This document shows positions 24,966-35,453 of a stretch of DNA of 64,000 bases, one piece after another. Source of the stretch: Candidatus Melainabacteria bacterium 17Bon1m. GTDB lineage: Bacteria > Cyanobacteriota > Vampirovibrionia > Obscuribacterales > Obscuribacteraceae. Below the pieces are notes generated by a model. It was not told where the DNA came from, ran no database searches, and saw only the letters and a program-made list of their open reading frames with translations. The DNA lies in NCBI GenBank assembly GCA_032128875.1, contig JAVLKG010000002.1, forward strand, positions 960,001 through 1,024,000, given 5' to 3'. The translations under genes and the position numbers were made by a program. Within the stretch, counting starts at the first letter, position 1, and every line of letters starts with the position of its first letter.

Positions 24966-25814
24966 ATGCGAAAAAAGGCTGCAAAAGCGGATCAATCTGA
25001 TATCAGCGGTCATCTCGAAATTGACCGTTGGGTTGCTGATGCAAGCGACGAACCAACTGACCTTGCCGATATTTATCTGGCGGCGCATGACTCTGCGCTC
25101 AGTGCTGATGTGCGCGCGCTTCTCTTTCTTATCTATGGTTCTCGATCTGCCGGTAAGTGCCGGAGGCAGCCGAGTTTCGCAGATAATGAGAGATGGTTGC
25201 GCAGAGCATTTTACTTTGGACTTAAGTATGGAATGCCGCCACAGCCTAAAGTAATCGCGCGCATCCTCGAGTACGAAGAAGGTTTGGACCTTTCGGTCGC
25301 TTATGTTCGCGAATGCGATGCAGCACCAGTTTTCAAAATTCGTGAGAAGCTGGGATTAGAGCTTCTGGAGAGCGGAATGGATGCTCCAGGTCTGATTTCG
25401 CTTTGCCGTGCCTTGCATGCAATTGAACCGCTTTCAGAGCGCCTTCTGGATGCCTCTGAGGAGATTGAAATGATTTTGCCTCATATGCGGCAGGTGGAAG
25501 AGCCAAAAGCCATTAAAGTGCGAAGAGAGCAGGTTGATCGCCTGGCAGTTCTAATCGGCGAATACATGCTGCGCACCCGCTCTACAAAAGTGGTCATCCT
25601 GCTTGCTGGTTTTATCAATACGATGCTGGCTACAGCGCCGTTGACTTCACAGTTGGTAAGAACGATTGAGCGCGCGCTTGCGGAATTTCTCAGTTTTGAC
25701 GATGCCAAACTTGCCGATTGTTTGAAAATTGAAATCGATCAAGATAGAGGGAAGGTTATTTCCAGCCTGAAGGAAGTTGTTCAAATTCTCGAACGTGCAA
25801 AGCGTGACAACTAG
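24966..25814 (+). CDS. Hypothetical alpha-helical protein
   Basis: 282-aa ORF in operon-like position, 14 bp after the previous gene. Confidence 0.6.
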   Translation: MRKKAAKADQSDISGHLEIDRWVADASDEPTDLADIYLAAHDSALSADVRALLFLIYGSRSAGKCRRQPSFADNERWLRRAFYFGLKYGMPPQPKVIARILEYEEGLDLSVAYVRECDAAPVFKIREKLGLELLESGMDAPGLISLCRALHAIEPLSERLLDASEEIEMILPHMRQVEEPKAIKVRREQVDRLAVLIGEYMLRTRSTKVVILLAGFINTMLATAPLTSQLVRTIERALAEFLSFDDAKLADCLKIEIDQDRGKVISSLKEVVQILERAKRDN

Positions 25815-25820
25815 CGCTAA

Positions 25821-26594
25821 TTAGGCTTTTCGATGCCGTACTGTTTCCGCAATTAGAGCAGCACCGCCAGTGACGAGAATCATGAGCGTGCTCAACGCAT
25901 TGATCTCAGGGCTGACACCGAATTTGACCATGCTGAAGATGCGCAAGGGCAGTGTAGTGCTGCCTACCCCGGCTGTAAATTGCGTGATAACAAAATCATC
26001 GAGTGAAAGCACAAAAGCAAGAAGCGCGCCGGCAATAATACCGGGTGCCAATAAAGGAAGTGTGACTCTAAAAAACGCCGTAACAGGCGACGCGCCCAGG
26101 TCTTGGGCTGCTTCTTCAAGGCGCGGGTCAAGCCCCTCCATGCGTCCCATCACTGTCAGGGTTACATAGGCAACACAAAACACGATATGAGAGACGACAA
26201 CCGTTGCAAGACCAAGCGGCACGCCTATAGCAATGAAAAGAATCAGTGCAGCGACGGCCATTGCAATTTCTGGAATGATGATAGGCAAAAGCAATAGACC
26301 GCGATAAGCGCCTTTCCCTTTGAAGTGAAGACGCGTCAAACCGACCGCAGCCATCGTACCCATGACAGTCGAGAAGAGAACGGCAAGCACCGCGACGATG
26401 AGGCTGTTCGCCAGCGCTAGACCGATATCCTCGTTATGAAAAAGCCTGGTGTACCAGTCGAAAGTAAATCCGGTGAATCTTACTGCCAGCCGTGATTGTT
26501 CGAAGCTAAAGGCAATCAAAACAAGTATCGGAATGTACATGAAGGCGTAGATGCCCAAAGCGTACAAATGCAGCCATATTGGCTTGGCTAGCAT
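25821..26594 (-). CDS. potC: Spermidine/putrescine ABC transporter permease (PotC-like)
   Basis: FMYIPILVLIAFSF, LEEAAQDLGAS (EAA motif), SLDDFVIT, SPEINALST. Confidence 0.85.
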   Translation of the reverse strand: MLAKPIWLHLYALGIYAFMYIPILVLIAFSFEQSRLAVRFTGFTFDWYTRLFHNEDIGLALANSLIVAVLAVLFSTVMGTMAAVGLTRLHFKGKGAYRGLLLLPIIIPEIAMAVAALILFIAIGVPLGLATVVVSHIVFCVAYVTLTVMGRMEGLDPRLEEAAQDLGASPVTAFFRVTLPLLAPGIIAGALLAFVLSLDDFVITQFTAGVGSTTLPLRIFSMVKFGVSPEINALSTLMILVTGGAALIAETVRHRKA

Positions 26595-26596
26595 TG

Positions 26597-28354
26597 CTAG
26601 TTCAACTCCTTCAACTGGCCTTGCATTGATTTTAATGGCATCATGTCCCCCCGCTTCGAGGCTACTTCAATTCCCTTTTGTAGAATTGCGGCTGCCTCTG
26701 ATTTTCTGTCCAAAGCTGCAAAGGCTTTCGCTAGATCTACGTAAGCAACAGTATGAGTGGGTTTTACCTCGATGGCTTTTTGCAAATACGGTAAAGATTT
26801 CTCGAAGTCTTCCAGAGTGACGAGGCAATTTCCCATGCCGCTATTAGCAAGCAAGTCATCCGGATCTATCTCGAGCACTTGGGAAAACATATCCATTCGC
26901 CCTACCGCTTCTTCTTTAAGGCGCTTTTTCTCTTCTTCTTCCTGCCGTTCACGAGTGGCTTCTTTTGCCGCCATGCGCATCCGAATGCTCATTGATATAG
27001 CCTTTTCTTCTTCAGCTTTTTCGATCTGCTCCTGCTGCATGTAAAAAACTGAAAGATTTGCGTGTGCCATAACCGAGTCTGCATTTAAATCAACCAGAGC
27101 TTTCATCAAAGCTACTGCTTCATCAAGTCTATTTCTGCGAGAAAGAATCACGCCCAATGCTTCATACGCATCTTCCATCGCCGGAGCCAGCATAAGCGCC
27201 TCTCGCAACAGCGTCTCGGCATAAGATGTTTCATCCTCATCACTTTCTTTGGCGAAAGACTCAAGCGCTTCTTCATATAATTGTCTTGCTCTTTGTTCCG
27301 CGCTTGGCGGTGCAATAAACGGCAAAAGCGCAATTTCGACTTCGAATGGCTTGCCGTCAATGCTCACGGCTAGTTGTTTTCCGACAACCCTGTATTCTCG
27401 TTTTACATAAGCCAGGGCAACATATTTATCCAGGCTCGGCGAGAAACAATTTGATTGAATCCAACCAATCGTTTGCGAATCATGCAAAATTTCGCTGTTT
27501 ATGGCAAACGGTTTTTGTGATCGGTTGCCTTCAAAGCTCGTGAAAACAAGTCCCACAAGTCCTCTTGAAGGCGCTCCATGAGACTTCACTCGAGCCAAAA
27601 CTTCTTGACCCAGAAAACATCCCTTCGTGTAACTGACATGAGAGTGGTCGAGACCTGTCTCCGGCATCAAATTTTCTTCAGTTAGATCGACTCCGAAAGA
27701 AACCATTCCGGCTTCGATTCGCGCGGCGTCGACGCCCTTTTCATCAAGCTCTACAACATCAATGGTTGTGGCAGTCTTTTGTAACTGTTGCCAGAATTTT
27801 TCGCTGTTTTTCTCTTCAACAAAAATCACATAGCCTTCTTCTCCTGTTAGAGATCTGGAGAAGACTATAGATTTGAAGCCGAATAAATCTATCTGGCAAA
27901 CAGGTAAAGCCAGATCATTGGCTGTTTTCGCCCCGGCTTGCATGATGAGCTTTCGGGCTCGCGGTCCTTGAACTGCAAACAATTTTCCAGTCAGTCTCTC
28001 GAATTCGACTTTGTCTGCAAAACGGAAAGTATCGAGCTGATTAACGACTTTTTCGCACTGGTTGTTTGAAATCAGTAGAAAGTATTTTTCGTTATGACGA
28101 AACACATCGAAGAGCGATATCACATGAGCTTTGCGGTCCAGCAGCGCGCTCATCTGACCGTCAAACTCTTTCATGCCCTTCACGTCATTTGTGGTTTGAG
28201 AATGAAGGAATCTTTCTGCATCCTTACCGCTCACTTCGACTATCGCATAGTCAGGCAATGCAAAGATTGCCCCTGTGGTTCGCAGTCCTTTATTCGGCGA
28301 CGCTTTGATTGTCTTAGAGTCTGTTTGTGCTGCCACTGTGGTATTTCTCGTCAA
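26597..28354 (-). CDS. ygfZ: YgfZ/IBA57-type folate-binding Fe-S maturation protein fused to C-terminal TPR repeats
   Basis: GKDAERFLHSQTTND, ARIEAG, signature SYTKGCFLGQE; TPR C-terminus. Confidence 0.85.
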   Translation of the reverse strand: MTRNTTVAAQTDSKTIKASPNKGLRTTGAIFALPDYAIVEVSGKDAERFLHSQTTNDVKGMKEFDGQMSALLDRKAHVISLFDVFRHNEKYFLLISNNQCEKVVNQLDTFRFADKVEFERLTGKLFAVQGPRARKLIMQAGAKTANDLALPVCQIDLFGFKSIVFSRSLTGEEGYVIFVEEKNSEKFWQQLQKTATTIDVVELDEKGVDAARIEAGMVSFGVDLTEENLMPETGLDHSHVSYTKGCFLGQEVLARVKSHGAPSRGLVGLVFTSFEGNRSQKPFAINSEILHDSQTIGWIQSNCFSPSLDKYVALAYVKREYRVVGKQLAVSIDGKPFEVEIALLPFIAPPSAEQRARQLYEEALESFAKESDEDETSYAETLLREALMLAPAMEDAYEALGVILSRRNRLDEAVALMKALVDLNADSVMAHANLSVFYMQQEQIEKAEEEKAISMSIRMRMAAKEATRERQEEEEKKRLKEEAVGRMDMFSQVLEIDPDDLLANSGMGNCLVTLEDFEKSLPYLQKAIEVKPTHTVAYVDLAKAFAALDRKSEAAAILQKGIEVASKRGDMMPLKSMQGQLKELN

Positions 28355-28422
28355 GAGAGCTCTATATCCTTATGCAAGATCGATAAGCATAAGGCAATGA
28401 GCTCCGCTTAGCAAAACCAGGT

Positions 28423-28461
28423 AATAAAAATCCGGTCTCCAGTGAATGCCAGGAGACCGGA
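28423..28461 (-). terminator. Rho-independent terminator after the iscA-family gene
   Basis: TCCGGTCTCC/GGAGACCGGA 10-bp stem, followed by TTTTTATT on the minus strand. Confidence 0.75.
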
Positions 28462-28480
28462 CCAATAATTTGTTGCTGGA

Positions 28481-28828
28481 CTAAACGCTAAAGGACGAAC
28501 CGCAGCCACAGCTGCCTTTGGCTTGCGGATTCTTGATTACAAAGCCGCGACCTTCCAGTCCGCTTTGATAGTCCAGAACCGTTCCTTTCAGGTAGATCGA
28601 GCTTTTCGGGTCTACAAAGACCTTAACGCCATGCATCTCGATGACGTTGTCTTTTTCAGCAGCATTATCAAAACTCATGCCGTAAGACATACCGGAGCAT
28701 CCGCCGCCTCGGATCTCGAGTCTGAGACCGGAATTGCCAGGCTCCTTTTCCAGAAGCGCTTTTACTTCCTGCGCAGCCGCCTCGGTGATGGTCACAATGG
28801 CTGGAGCTGTCGCTGTTTGTTCTGTCAT
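28481..28828 (-). CDS. iscA: A-type Fe-S cluster carrier (IscA/ErpA/HesB family)
   Basis: GGGCSGMSY, NPQAKGSCGCGSSF; AGGA RBS before ATG 28828. Confidence 0.93.
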   Translation of the reverse strand: MTEQTATAPAIVTITEAAAQEVKALLEKEPGNSGLRLEIRGGGCSGMSYGMSFDNAAEKDNVIEMHGVKVFVDPKSSIYLKGTVLDYQSGLEGRGFVIKNPQAKGSCGCGSSFSV

Positions 28829-28997
28829 AGTCAGATTCCTCAAGATTTCTACTTTCGTTGTAATGCTAGGAAAGCAAGGGATTGCAAGGACGCATTTTTA
28901 CGGGGCCGGCGGCATAGGGAGCCGCCACCGTCAATCTATCACATGACAACAAAAATGGACCGTCAGGTAACGATATCTTAGGGTTCTGGAAGATAAG

Positions 28998-29567
28998 TTA
29001 TTGGAAATTGTCGAACATGATCTGCCCGAGTTCGCTTATCGTCGTAAACGACTCTTTCACCACATCCATGTCCAGAGAATTGAAGTTTTGAGGTACTGAC
29101 AGCGAAATGCCGGCATCAGTTCGGATTACGAGTTCACTGAATTTAGCGTAATGCTCCAGTTTAAGCACCTTTTCAAGGACGCCTGGGTAGTGGACAAATC
29201 TTTCAGCCAATTCTCTGCTGTTGTAAGAAACGAGGAAATTGGACTTGATACGCGGCTCGTCGATTGGTTGTCCTTTAGATTCGAGCAGAAGCAAGCGCGC
29301 AAAAATTGAGTACAAACCTCTGGTCATGCGGGGATAGAAGGTCATGTTGAGAGCATCGGGGTCCATTGGTTTTGGACCATCGCTCAGATCGCCAATTTCT
29401 AGAAAGAATGTGACACCAAATGGAAAACCCGCTCTGAAGGCTTCCAGCGTAAGCGGAAAACCCAACAGGCTGCCTTTTATGCAAACTTCTACTCGGTCGG
29501 AATCATCGACTATTCGCCCCTCAATAAGGTTGGCGACTGCCTCCAATTTCCAAGTTTGCACGCCCAT
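28998..29567 (-). CDS. Hypothetical protein
   Basis: 189-aa ORF co-oriented with neighbours. Confidence 0.65.
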   Translation of the reverse strand: MGVQTWKLEAVANLIEGRIVDDSDRVEVCIKGSLLGFPLTLEAFRAGFPFGVTFFLEIGDLSDGPKPMDPDALNMTFYPRMTRGLYSIFARLLLLESKGQPIDEPRIKSNFLVSYNSRELAERFVHYPGVLEKVLKLEHYAKFSELVIRTDAGISLSVPQNFNSLDMDVVKESFTTISELGQIMFDNFQ

Positions 29568-29595
29568 TTTTTAGTATACCGAGGAGCTTCTAGTG

Positions 29596-30681
29596 CTATT
29601 TCCAAGCGTCATTGTTAGTCTGCGAGCCGCTGTCCGTTGACCCGCCGTCTGCCGGACTCGGTTTGAGATCTTCACTTGATCCGGGTGGTTGCACGAACAT
29701 CTCCACCTTCTTCTCTTCTTTGGGTTTGCGCTTAAACAGTGGGAAGCGCGGTTTTGCCGCTCCTGAATCAGAGGTAGTTTTATCTGCTGTCGACTTATCT
29801 GCGGCCTGTTTTTTCTCTACTGCAGCGACTGTGCTGTCACCGGTTTTCTTGGTTGTCGTGCCGGTTTCCTTTGCCGGAGGCACTACAGACATTTCAACTT
29901 CTCTGGATGTTGCTTCGCGTGTGAATTCTGTTTCTTGCTCTTTGAGCATCTTTTGCGCGTCTCTTACAAAGTCAGAGTTGGGCGCCATTTCCAACGATTT
30001 TTTCAAGAACACTTGTGATTGAGCTAAGTGTTTTGTCTTGTGTAAAATTCCGCCGATTCTGTAATACGCATCGGGCATCGACTTCTTCGGATCGGCCTCA
30101 ATAGCCTTCATGTACTCAGCCAGCGCAGCCTTTTCGTCCTTTTCGCTTTCCAGGGCGTTGCCCATGTTGTAATAGGCGGAGGCAAAACTTGGATCGATTT
30201 CCACCGCCTTGGCCCATTTGTCTTTGGCTTCGGCAGCTTTTCCACGGGCATAGAGTGCGTTGCCCAGACCGTTTAGGGTCGTCGGCTTGTCCGGCTTTAG
30301 CGCCAGTGCTTTGTTAAAAGCTTCTGCCGCCTTCTCATAGCTTTTTTGAGCCAGATAGACGGCCCCCAGGTTGCTGTAGGCTTCAGCCAGGCGACCATCA
30401 GCCAATATGGCTGCCTTATATTCTTGGATGGCTTGGTTAAGCGACCCATTTTGATGAAACTCGACGCCGCGGTTGTAGTGTTTTACGGCATCTTCAGCGT
30501 ATTGCTTTTTCTTCGGCTTTTCTGCAGGAGCGTCGCCTTCGGCCTCACCTTCTGCAACCGACAAAGAATGCAGAGCTGTAAAATTCACTGCCAGAGCTGG
30601 GTTTGCAGTCCATAGGAGCAGACCAGACAAGCAAGAAACTAGCAAAACTATCTCAGGTACTGGTTTACGATGATCCGTCAC
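29596..30681 (-). CDS. Exported TPR protein
   Basis: Signal-peptide-like N-terminus ending ALA; repeats AEAYSNLGAVY, TLNGLGNALY, SAYYNMGNAL. Confidence 0.85.
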   Translation of the reverse strand: MTDHRKPVPEIVLLVSCLSGLLLWTANPALAVNFTALHSLSVAEGEAEGDAPAEKPKKKQYAEDAVKHYNRGVEFHQNGSLNQAIQEYKAAILADGRLAEAYSNLGAVYLAQKSYEKAAEAFNKALALKPDKPTTLNGLGNALYARGKAAEAKDKWAKAVEIDPSFASAYYNMGNALESEKDEKAALAEYMKAIEADPKKSMPDAYYRIGGILHKTKHLAQSQVFLKKSLEMAPNSDFVRDAQKMLKEQETEFTREATSREVEMSVVPPAKETGTTTKKTGDSTVAAVEKKQAADKSTADKTTSDSGAAKPRFPLFKRKPKEEKKVEMFVQPPGSSEDLKPSPADGGSTDSGSQTNNDAWK

Positions 30682-30911
30682 AACGATTTAGATCCGGTTA
30701 ATTCAAGTCCACTGAGCCCGTACAGTGCAGGCACTGGGTTCCTATTATATCTCCAATGGCGAAAGCAACCTTGCTGCCTCCGGAAGCTTGATAAGGTTTG
30801 AAAGAATCAATTCAAATTGCCGCAGGCCGAGGCGCTTGAGCGACGCTCAGACGTGCCTGAAATACTGCATACCTCGGGAGGATATCCAAAGGACATCGTG
30901 AACTTGAACTG

Positions 30912-31367
30912 TCAAGCGGATGTCTTTTTTCTGTCAATGAGGCTCTTAACGAGTGCTCGTAAACCCAAGAAGTAAGAGTCGGCACCAAATCCGGTGATGA
31001 CACCAATGGCAATATCAGACAAATAGGTCTTATGTCTGAATTCTTCTCTTGCGTAAATATTGGAGCAGTGTACTTCGACACAAGGTAAAGAAACGCCGAG
31101 AATAGCGTCTCTGAGCGCAATTGAAGTATGTCCGTAAGCAGCCGGATTGATCAGCAGTCCATCCACCTTTTCCGCGCCGGCCTTGTGAATTTCTTCAATC
31201 AAAACCGATTCGCTGTTTGACTGGAGAAACGTAATTTCGACAGAAAGTTCTTTGGCGATTTTTTCCAATCCGTTATTGATGTCGGCAAGCGTCGACGAGC
31301 CATAGATGGACTTTTCGCGTGTGCCGAAAAGATTGAGATTGGGCCCGTGCAGTACGAGTACTTTCAA
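30912..31367 (-). CDS. aroQ: Type II 3-dehydroquinate dehydratase
   Basis: [47 protein letters not shown]. Confidence 0.96.
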   Translation of the reverse strand: MKVLVLHGPNLNLFGTREKSIYGSSTLADINNGLEKIAKELSVEITFLQSNSESVLIEEIHKAGAEKVDGLLINPAAYGHTSIALRDAILGVSLPCVEVHCSNIYAREEFRHKTYLSDIAIGVITGFGADSYFLGLRALVKSLIDRKKTSA

Positions 31368-31387
31368 TATAAACCTTAGTCTAAAAC

Positions 31388-32005
31388 TTAGTCTTGGTCT
31401 TCATCCATGCCGTCGAGCGAGCACAAAGAAGCGTTCAAGAACGGATCGTTGCGCTGAAGAATCTGCTCGGAGCGAATCAGTCCGATTATCTGTGCCAGCA
31501 AGTCGCGCGCCAGGAGCAGTTCGCTGCCATGTTCGACGGATTTTGGTACGACAAACATCGTAGAGGCAAGAAGCATGCGAGCTTCTACCGGACCCACATC
31601 TTGAGACTGCAAAATTTCTGCCAGAAGCTGCGGCTCCACTTTGTTTTCGAATACGATTGATTTGCAATAGGTCAAAATTGAAGGCTTCAAGCCCTTGCTG
31701 CGATCGCCGGGCAATGAGGCTGCAGCTCTAATCAGATTTACTTTGTTGGACACATCACCGAGCGACTCGGCGCTGTCTACCAGGTTGCGGACCTGGTTGG
31801 CTTTGGTATTGAACTGACGTCTCAATTCGTTCTCAGCAACTTGAGCCACTGGCTTTGTCGCATTGTCATAGCGTTTGTCATAGAAGTCCTGGACTTGCTG
31901 ACGTTTTAACTCAACGCCGTATGGCATCAGTTCGATAAAAATCGACTCCAGCCCTTCCAGCTGAGACTGCAGATACATCAATTCGTCCTGGGAAACTGCG
32001 GGCAA
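31388..32005 (-). CDS. Hypothetical alpha-helical protein
   Basis: 205-aa ORF with AAGGAG RBS before a TTG start. Confidence 0.75.
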   Translation of the reverse strand: MPAVSQDELMYLQSQLEGLESIFIELMPYGVELKRQQVQDFYDKRYDNATKPVAQVAENELRRQFNTKANQVRNLVDSAESLGDVSNKVNLIRAAASLPGDRSKGLKPSILTYCKSIVFENKVEPQLLAEILQSQDVGPVEARMLLASTMFVVPKSVEHGSELLLARDLLAQIIGLIRSEQILQRNDPFLNASLCSLDGMDEDQD

Positions 32006-32115
32006 GACTCTCTGCTCCTTCTATTACTAGACTTCCTGCACTTGACATAAACAAGGGCGCGCAAGAATAACACCCATAATATTAGATCTTCTACCCGAAC
32101 TTTAATGGGCTTTGC

Positions 32116-32706
32116 TCAGTTTTTCATACTTTCCAGTATTTTTTGTGCGACTTGATCGGTGGAAAGCCCGTCAGTTTGCACGGTGAGCTGGGCTCGTTCG
32201 TATACTTTTGCCCGCTGGGATTCCAGAGCACAAAGTCGATTTCTTAATACATGTTCATCAGATTGGGTTTCCGGCTCAGAAGAAGTGCCACGACCGGCAA
32301 TAGAATTCGCTTTTAAGAGAGGCCTGTCATGAGTCGATGCCAGTCTCTTAACCAATTCATCAACTGCAGTCTTCAGGTAGATGACTTTGCCGAGTTTCAA
32401 AAGTGCGTCCATATTCCCGGGCGTCATTGGCAATCCACCACCGCAACTCAATACGAACGACCCACTTTTGAAATCATCCAGCAAAGCGCTTTCCATTTCC
32501 CGAAACCGCCCTTCGCCGTCTTCAGCAAAGATGGTGCTGACAGTGCGATTTTGCTTCGCTTCTATTAGCCGGTCTGAATCGAAAAAGGAGAGGTTCATCA
32601 GTTGGGCTAGAATTTCTCCCACGCTTGTTTTTCCTGCTCCAGGCAGTCCGATAAGCACGACAGATTTAGCAGTTTCAACAGGTTCGACCTGAGCAGGTCT
32701 GTCCAC
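32116..32706 (-). CDS. aroK: Shikimate kinase
   Basis: LIGLPGAGKT, FDSD, GEGRFREME, SCGGG, RPLL. Confidence 0.94.
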   Translation of the reverse strand: MDRPAQVEPVETAKSVVLIGLPGAGKTSVGEILAQLMNLSFFDSDRLIEAKQNRTVSTIFAEDGEGRFREMESALLDDFKSGSFVLSCGGGLPMTPGNMDALLKLGKVIYLKTAVDELVKRLASTHDRPLLKANSIAGRGTSSEPETQSDEHVLRNRLCALESQRAKVYERAQLTVQTDGLSTDQVAQKILESMKN

Positions 32707-32711
32707 TTCGA

Positions 32712-34238
32712 CTATCCCGCGCGTCCCGAACTCGCCAGACCAATGTGTCTGTAAGCAGATTCGATTTTGTTATGCGCATCGATCAAACTTGGATCGAGTT
32801 GCAATGCGCGTTTGAACTCGCCAATCGAGTGCATGTAGTCTTTCATGTTGTAATAAGCCAATCCCAGTCCATAGTGCGCACTGGGCATGTCCGGCGAGAC
32901 GCTAATTGCTTTTTGGAAATTGAAAGCGGCTGCGTGATAATCACCTTTGAGGGAATGCATTGTGCCCAGGTTATTGCGCAGGATCGCATTATTAGGATGG
33001 TGCTTTACGGCCCGCTCCAGAACTATCTTTGCCGCCTCATGATCTCCGCGGGTGCTGAGCATGGACGAAAGATGTGCCGAGGCTTCCAAATTATTCGGCT
33101 CCAGCAGCAACGCTTTTTCGAATTCTTGTTTGGCTTTGCCGGTGTCGCCTAAAGATGCATAAGTCATGGCCAAGCGAGTATGGGAGACGGAATCTTTCTC
33201 ATCCAAGCGGACCGCTTCTTTCAATTCTTTTTCTGCCATAGACAAATCGCCGGAATGTGCGGCGACGATGCCCAATTGCTGGTGAGCAATAGCGTTGGCA
33301 GGGTCCTTTTGAACGATAGCATTGTACTCGTTAACTGCTTCCGGCACTCTTCTGGACTGCATCAATGCTTGAGCGCGAGCAAGCGAAAGTAATGTCTCCG
33401 AAGACATCCTTGTGCCGCTCTGTCCAAGTGCCGCACCAGGAGCTGCCATCTTTACCGAAGCGGTGGGCCTGCTCAAATCGGCACCGACTGATATGTCGTG
33501 CTTGAGCTCTTCCAGCTGTGCCACCACTTTGTCGTGCTGTCCGAGGCTTTCGAACATGCGAGCCAGATTGCCGTGGGCGGCGGATAATTCCACATTTACT
33601 TTCGAGCAAGCTAATACTGCAGCTGTTGCGCCTTTTACGTCGCCAGCTTGCCGGAGCTTTTGAGCTTCTGCTGATTTTTCAGAGATTTTTTCTCTAGCTA
33701 CCGAGACCACCCTTCTGAAGTGACTGATAGCTGTGTCAAAGTCGCCTGACTCTGCATAAATAAGTCCGAGCTGGTTGTGTAGTGCCGGATTGTCCGGCTC
33801 GGTCTCCAGCCCTGCCAAAAGTTCACGGGCTGCTCCATCCAGCAGTTTGACCTGGTCTCTTTTCTCGCGCACGTTTTGCGACGCGCTCATGACTCCGCCG
33901 CGGGCAGTCGAAGGCGCTTTATTGATAATTCCGAGCAGTTTTTGCTGCCACTCTTCAATTTTGGGCAAGCCCGGCCCAGGTGAACCCATGAATGTGAGTG
34001 GCAATACCGGCAGGGTCACAAGTCCGACTGCCGCGAAGAATACAAATACGAGACGCCCCCGACCGCGCCTTTCTTTGGGCTGGTTCGAGGGGTCGTGTGA
34101 TTGTTTTGTCCTGAGTGATTCCAATGTGTGTTGCACCACGCCAGATGCTTTTTTGAGGGCTTGAAGTAGTCGGGTCCGTCTTCTTTTGCAGGACCCAGTT
34201 TTTGGAAAGATGGTTATATATATGCGCTCGTATGCCAA
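32712..34238 (-). CDS. Membrane-anchored TPR protein (start uncertain)
   Basis: TM LVFVFFAAVGLVTLPVLPL; multiple TPRs (ALHNQLGLIY, AHYGLGLAYY). Confidence 0.82.
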   Translation of the reverse strand: MAYERIYITIFPKTGSCKRRRTRLLQALKKASGVVQHTLESLRTKQSHDPSNQPKERRGRGRLVFVFFAAVGLVTLPVLPLTFMGSPGPGLPKIEEWQQKLLGIINKAPSTARGGVMSASQNVREKRDQVKLLDGAARELLAGLETEPDNPALHNQLGLIYAESGDFDTAISHFRRVVSVAREKISEKSAEAQKLRQAGDVKGATAAVLACSKVNVELSAAHGNLARMFESLGQHDKVVAQLEELKHDISVGADLSRPTASVKMAAPGAALGQSGTRMSSETLLSLARAQALMQSRRVPEAVNEYNAIVQKDPANAIAHQQLGIVAAHSGDLSMAEKELKEAVRLDEKDSVSHTRLAMTYASLGDTGKAKQEFEKALLLEPNNLEASAHLSSMLSTRGDHEAAKIVLERAVKHHPNNAILRNNLGTMHSLKGDYHAAAFNFQKAISVSPDMPSAHYGLGLAYYNMKDYMHSIGEFKRALQLDPSLIDAHNKIESAYRHIGLASSGRAG

Positions 34239-34328
34239 GAGTAATATCGTTCGATCCCGGAGTCAATACGGAATTCACGAATTACGCCGGAACCGACACA
34301 ATTGCCAAGAGGCTGATTTGGATTGTTG

Positions 34329-34347
34329 AAAAGGGGCGTTAAGCCCC
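34329..34347 (-). terminator. Putative terminator after the lpt operon
   Basis: GGGGC-GTTAA-GCCCC with TTTT on the minus strand. Confidence 0.5.
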
Positions 34348-34352
34348 ATTTA

Positions 34353-35453
34353 TTAACGACTCTTAAACCAGAGGATTATCAATCCTAAGGTTCCGACAAA
34401 AAGATTCGGCATCCAGGCGGCAAGCATTGGAGGAATTCTTCCAGCTTCCCCTAATGCGCCTGAGGTGGATTGTAGGACGTAATAGATAAAGACTACGACC
34501 GCTGAATAGATCAAGCCGAGGTTACTGCGAGAACGCCTAGCCAATAGTCCAAGCGGTGCTCCGGCGAGTGCGACGATCAAGCAGGCGAGTGGTTGAGAGA
34601 ACTTTTGATAGAAGCGGACTAAGAGGTCGTTTGATACCGCATTTGATTCGCCGAGCAATTTGATGTAATTGCCCAACTCCCACATATTCATTTCTTTGGG
34701 ATTGATCTTTCCTGTATCCATCACTTTCTGGACGTTTTGAATACCAGGCAGAGTCAATTTCTTGAATTGCAAAATACGAGTGATATCACTGTCACCGGCA
34801 AGAACGTAAGTTCTTCCCTCGCTCAAGATCCACTCTCCATGGTTCCAAATGCCGTTTTTGGCGCTGATGATTTGCACCAACTTGTCGCGGGTGAAATCGA
34901 GGATGATAACGTTATACAGGCTCTTTCCATTACATAGCCCGATATAGAACACTCGGTTCAGGTTTAAGTCTTTGCCTCTTTCCATGTAGGTGAAGTTGGC
35001 TTGGCCTGAAGGAAGTTCTGATTTGTAGAGGGCAAGGAATTCGAGTTTTTTTGAAGTTCTGTTTGCCACAGGAACGACGCATTCATTGACCGCAAAACTT
35101 GCAATGCTGGTCAGTAAGCCGAAAAGAAGCGGGGCAACCATGATTCGGTAGAAAGAAACACCGCTCGTACGCATAGCGATGATTTCCGAATCGCTGGAGA
35201 GCCTGTTGAATACAAGCAATGTACCGAGCAACACCCCAATTGGAATCGTCATAACGATGATTTCCGGAAGGTGCAAGCCCAGGATTGTGAGCGCCATATT
35301 GATAGGTACACCGGCACGCATGATCAAATTGAAGATGGTCTTCAATTGATCGGCGCCGAACCATACGCCCGTGACGATGCCGATACCGAACAGGAGCGGC
35401 TGCCAGAACTCATTGGCAATATAACGATCAATAAGTTTCAGGCCGCCGATCAT
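34353..35453 (-). CDS. LPS export permease LptF/LptG family
   Basis: LIDRYI, RLSSDSEIIAMRTSGVSFYRI, AAWMPN; overlaps lptB. Confidence 0.92.
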   Translation of the reverse strand: MIGGLKLIDRYIANEFWQPLLFGIGIVTGVWFGADQLKTIFNLIMRAGVPINMALTILGLHLPEIIVMTIPIGVLLGTLLVFNRLSSDSEIIAMRTSGVSFYRIMVAPLLFGLLTSIASFAVNECVVPVANRTSKKLEFLALYKSELPSGQANFTYMERGKDLNLNRVFYIGLCNGKSLYNVIILDFTRDKLVQIISAKNGIWNHGEWILSEGRTYVLAGDSDITRILQFKKLTLPGIQNVQKVMDTGKINPKEMNMWELGNYIKLLGESNAVSNDLLVRFYQKFSQPLACLIVALAGAPLGLLARRSRSNLGLIYSAVVVFIYYVLQSTSGALGEAGRIPPMLAAWMPNLFVGTLGLIILWFKSR

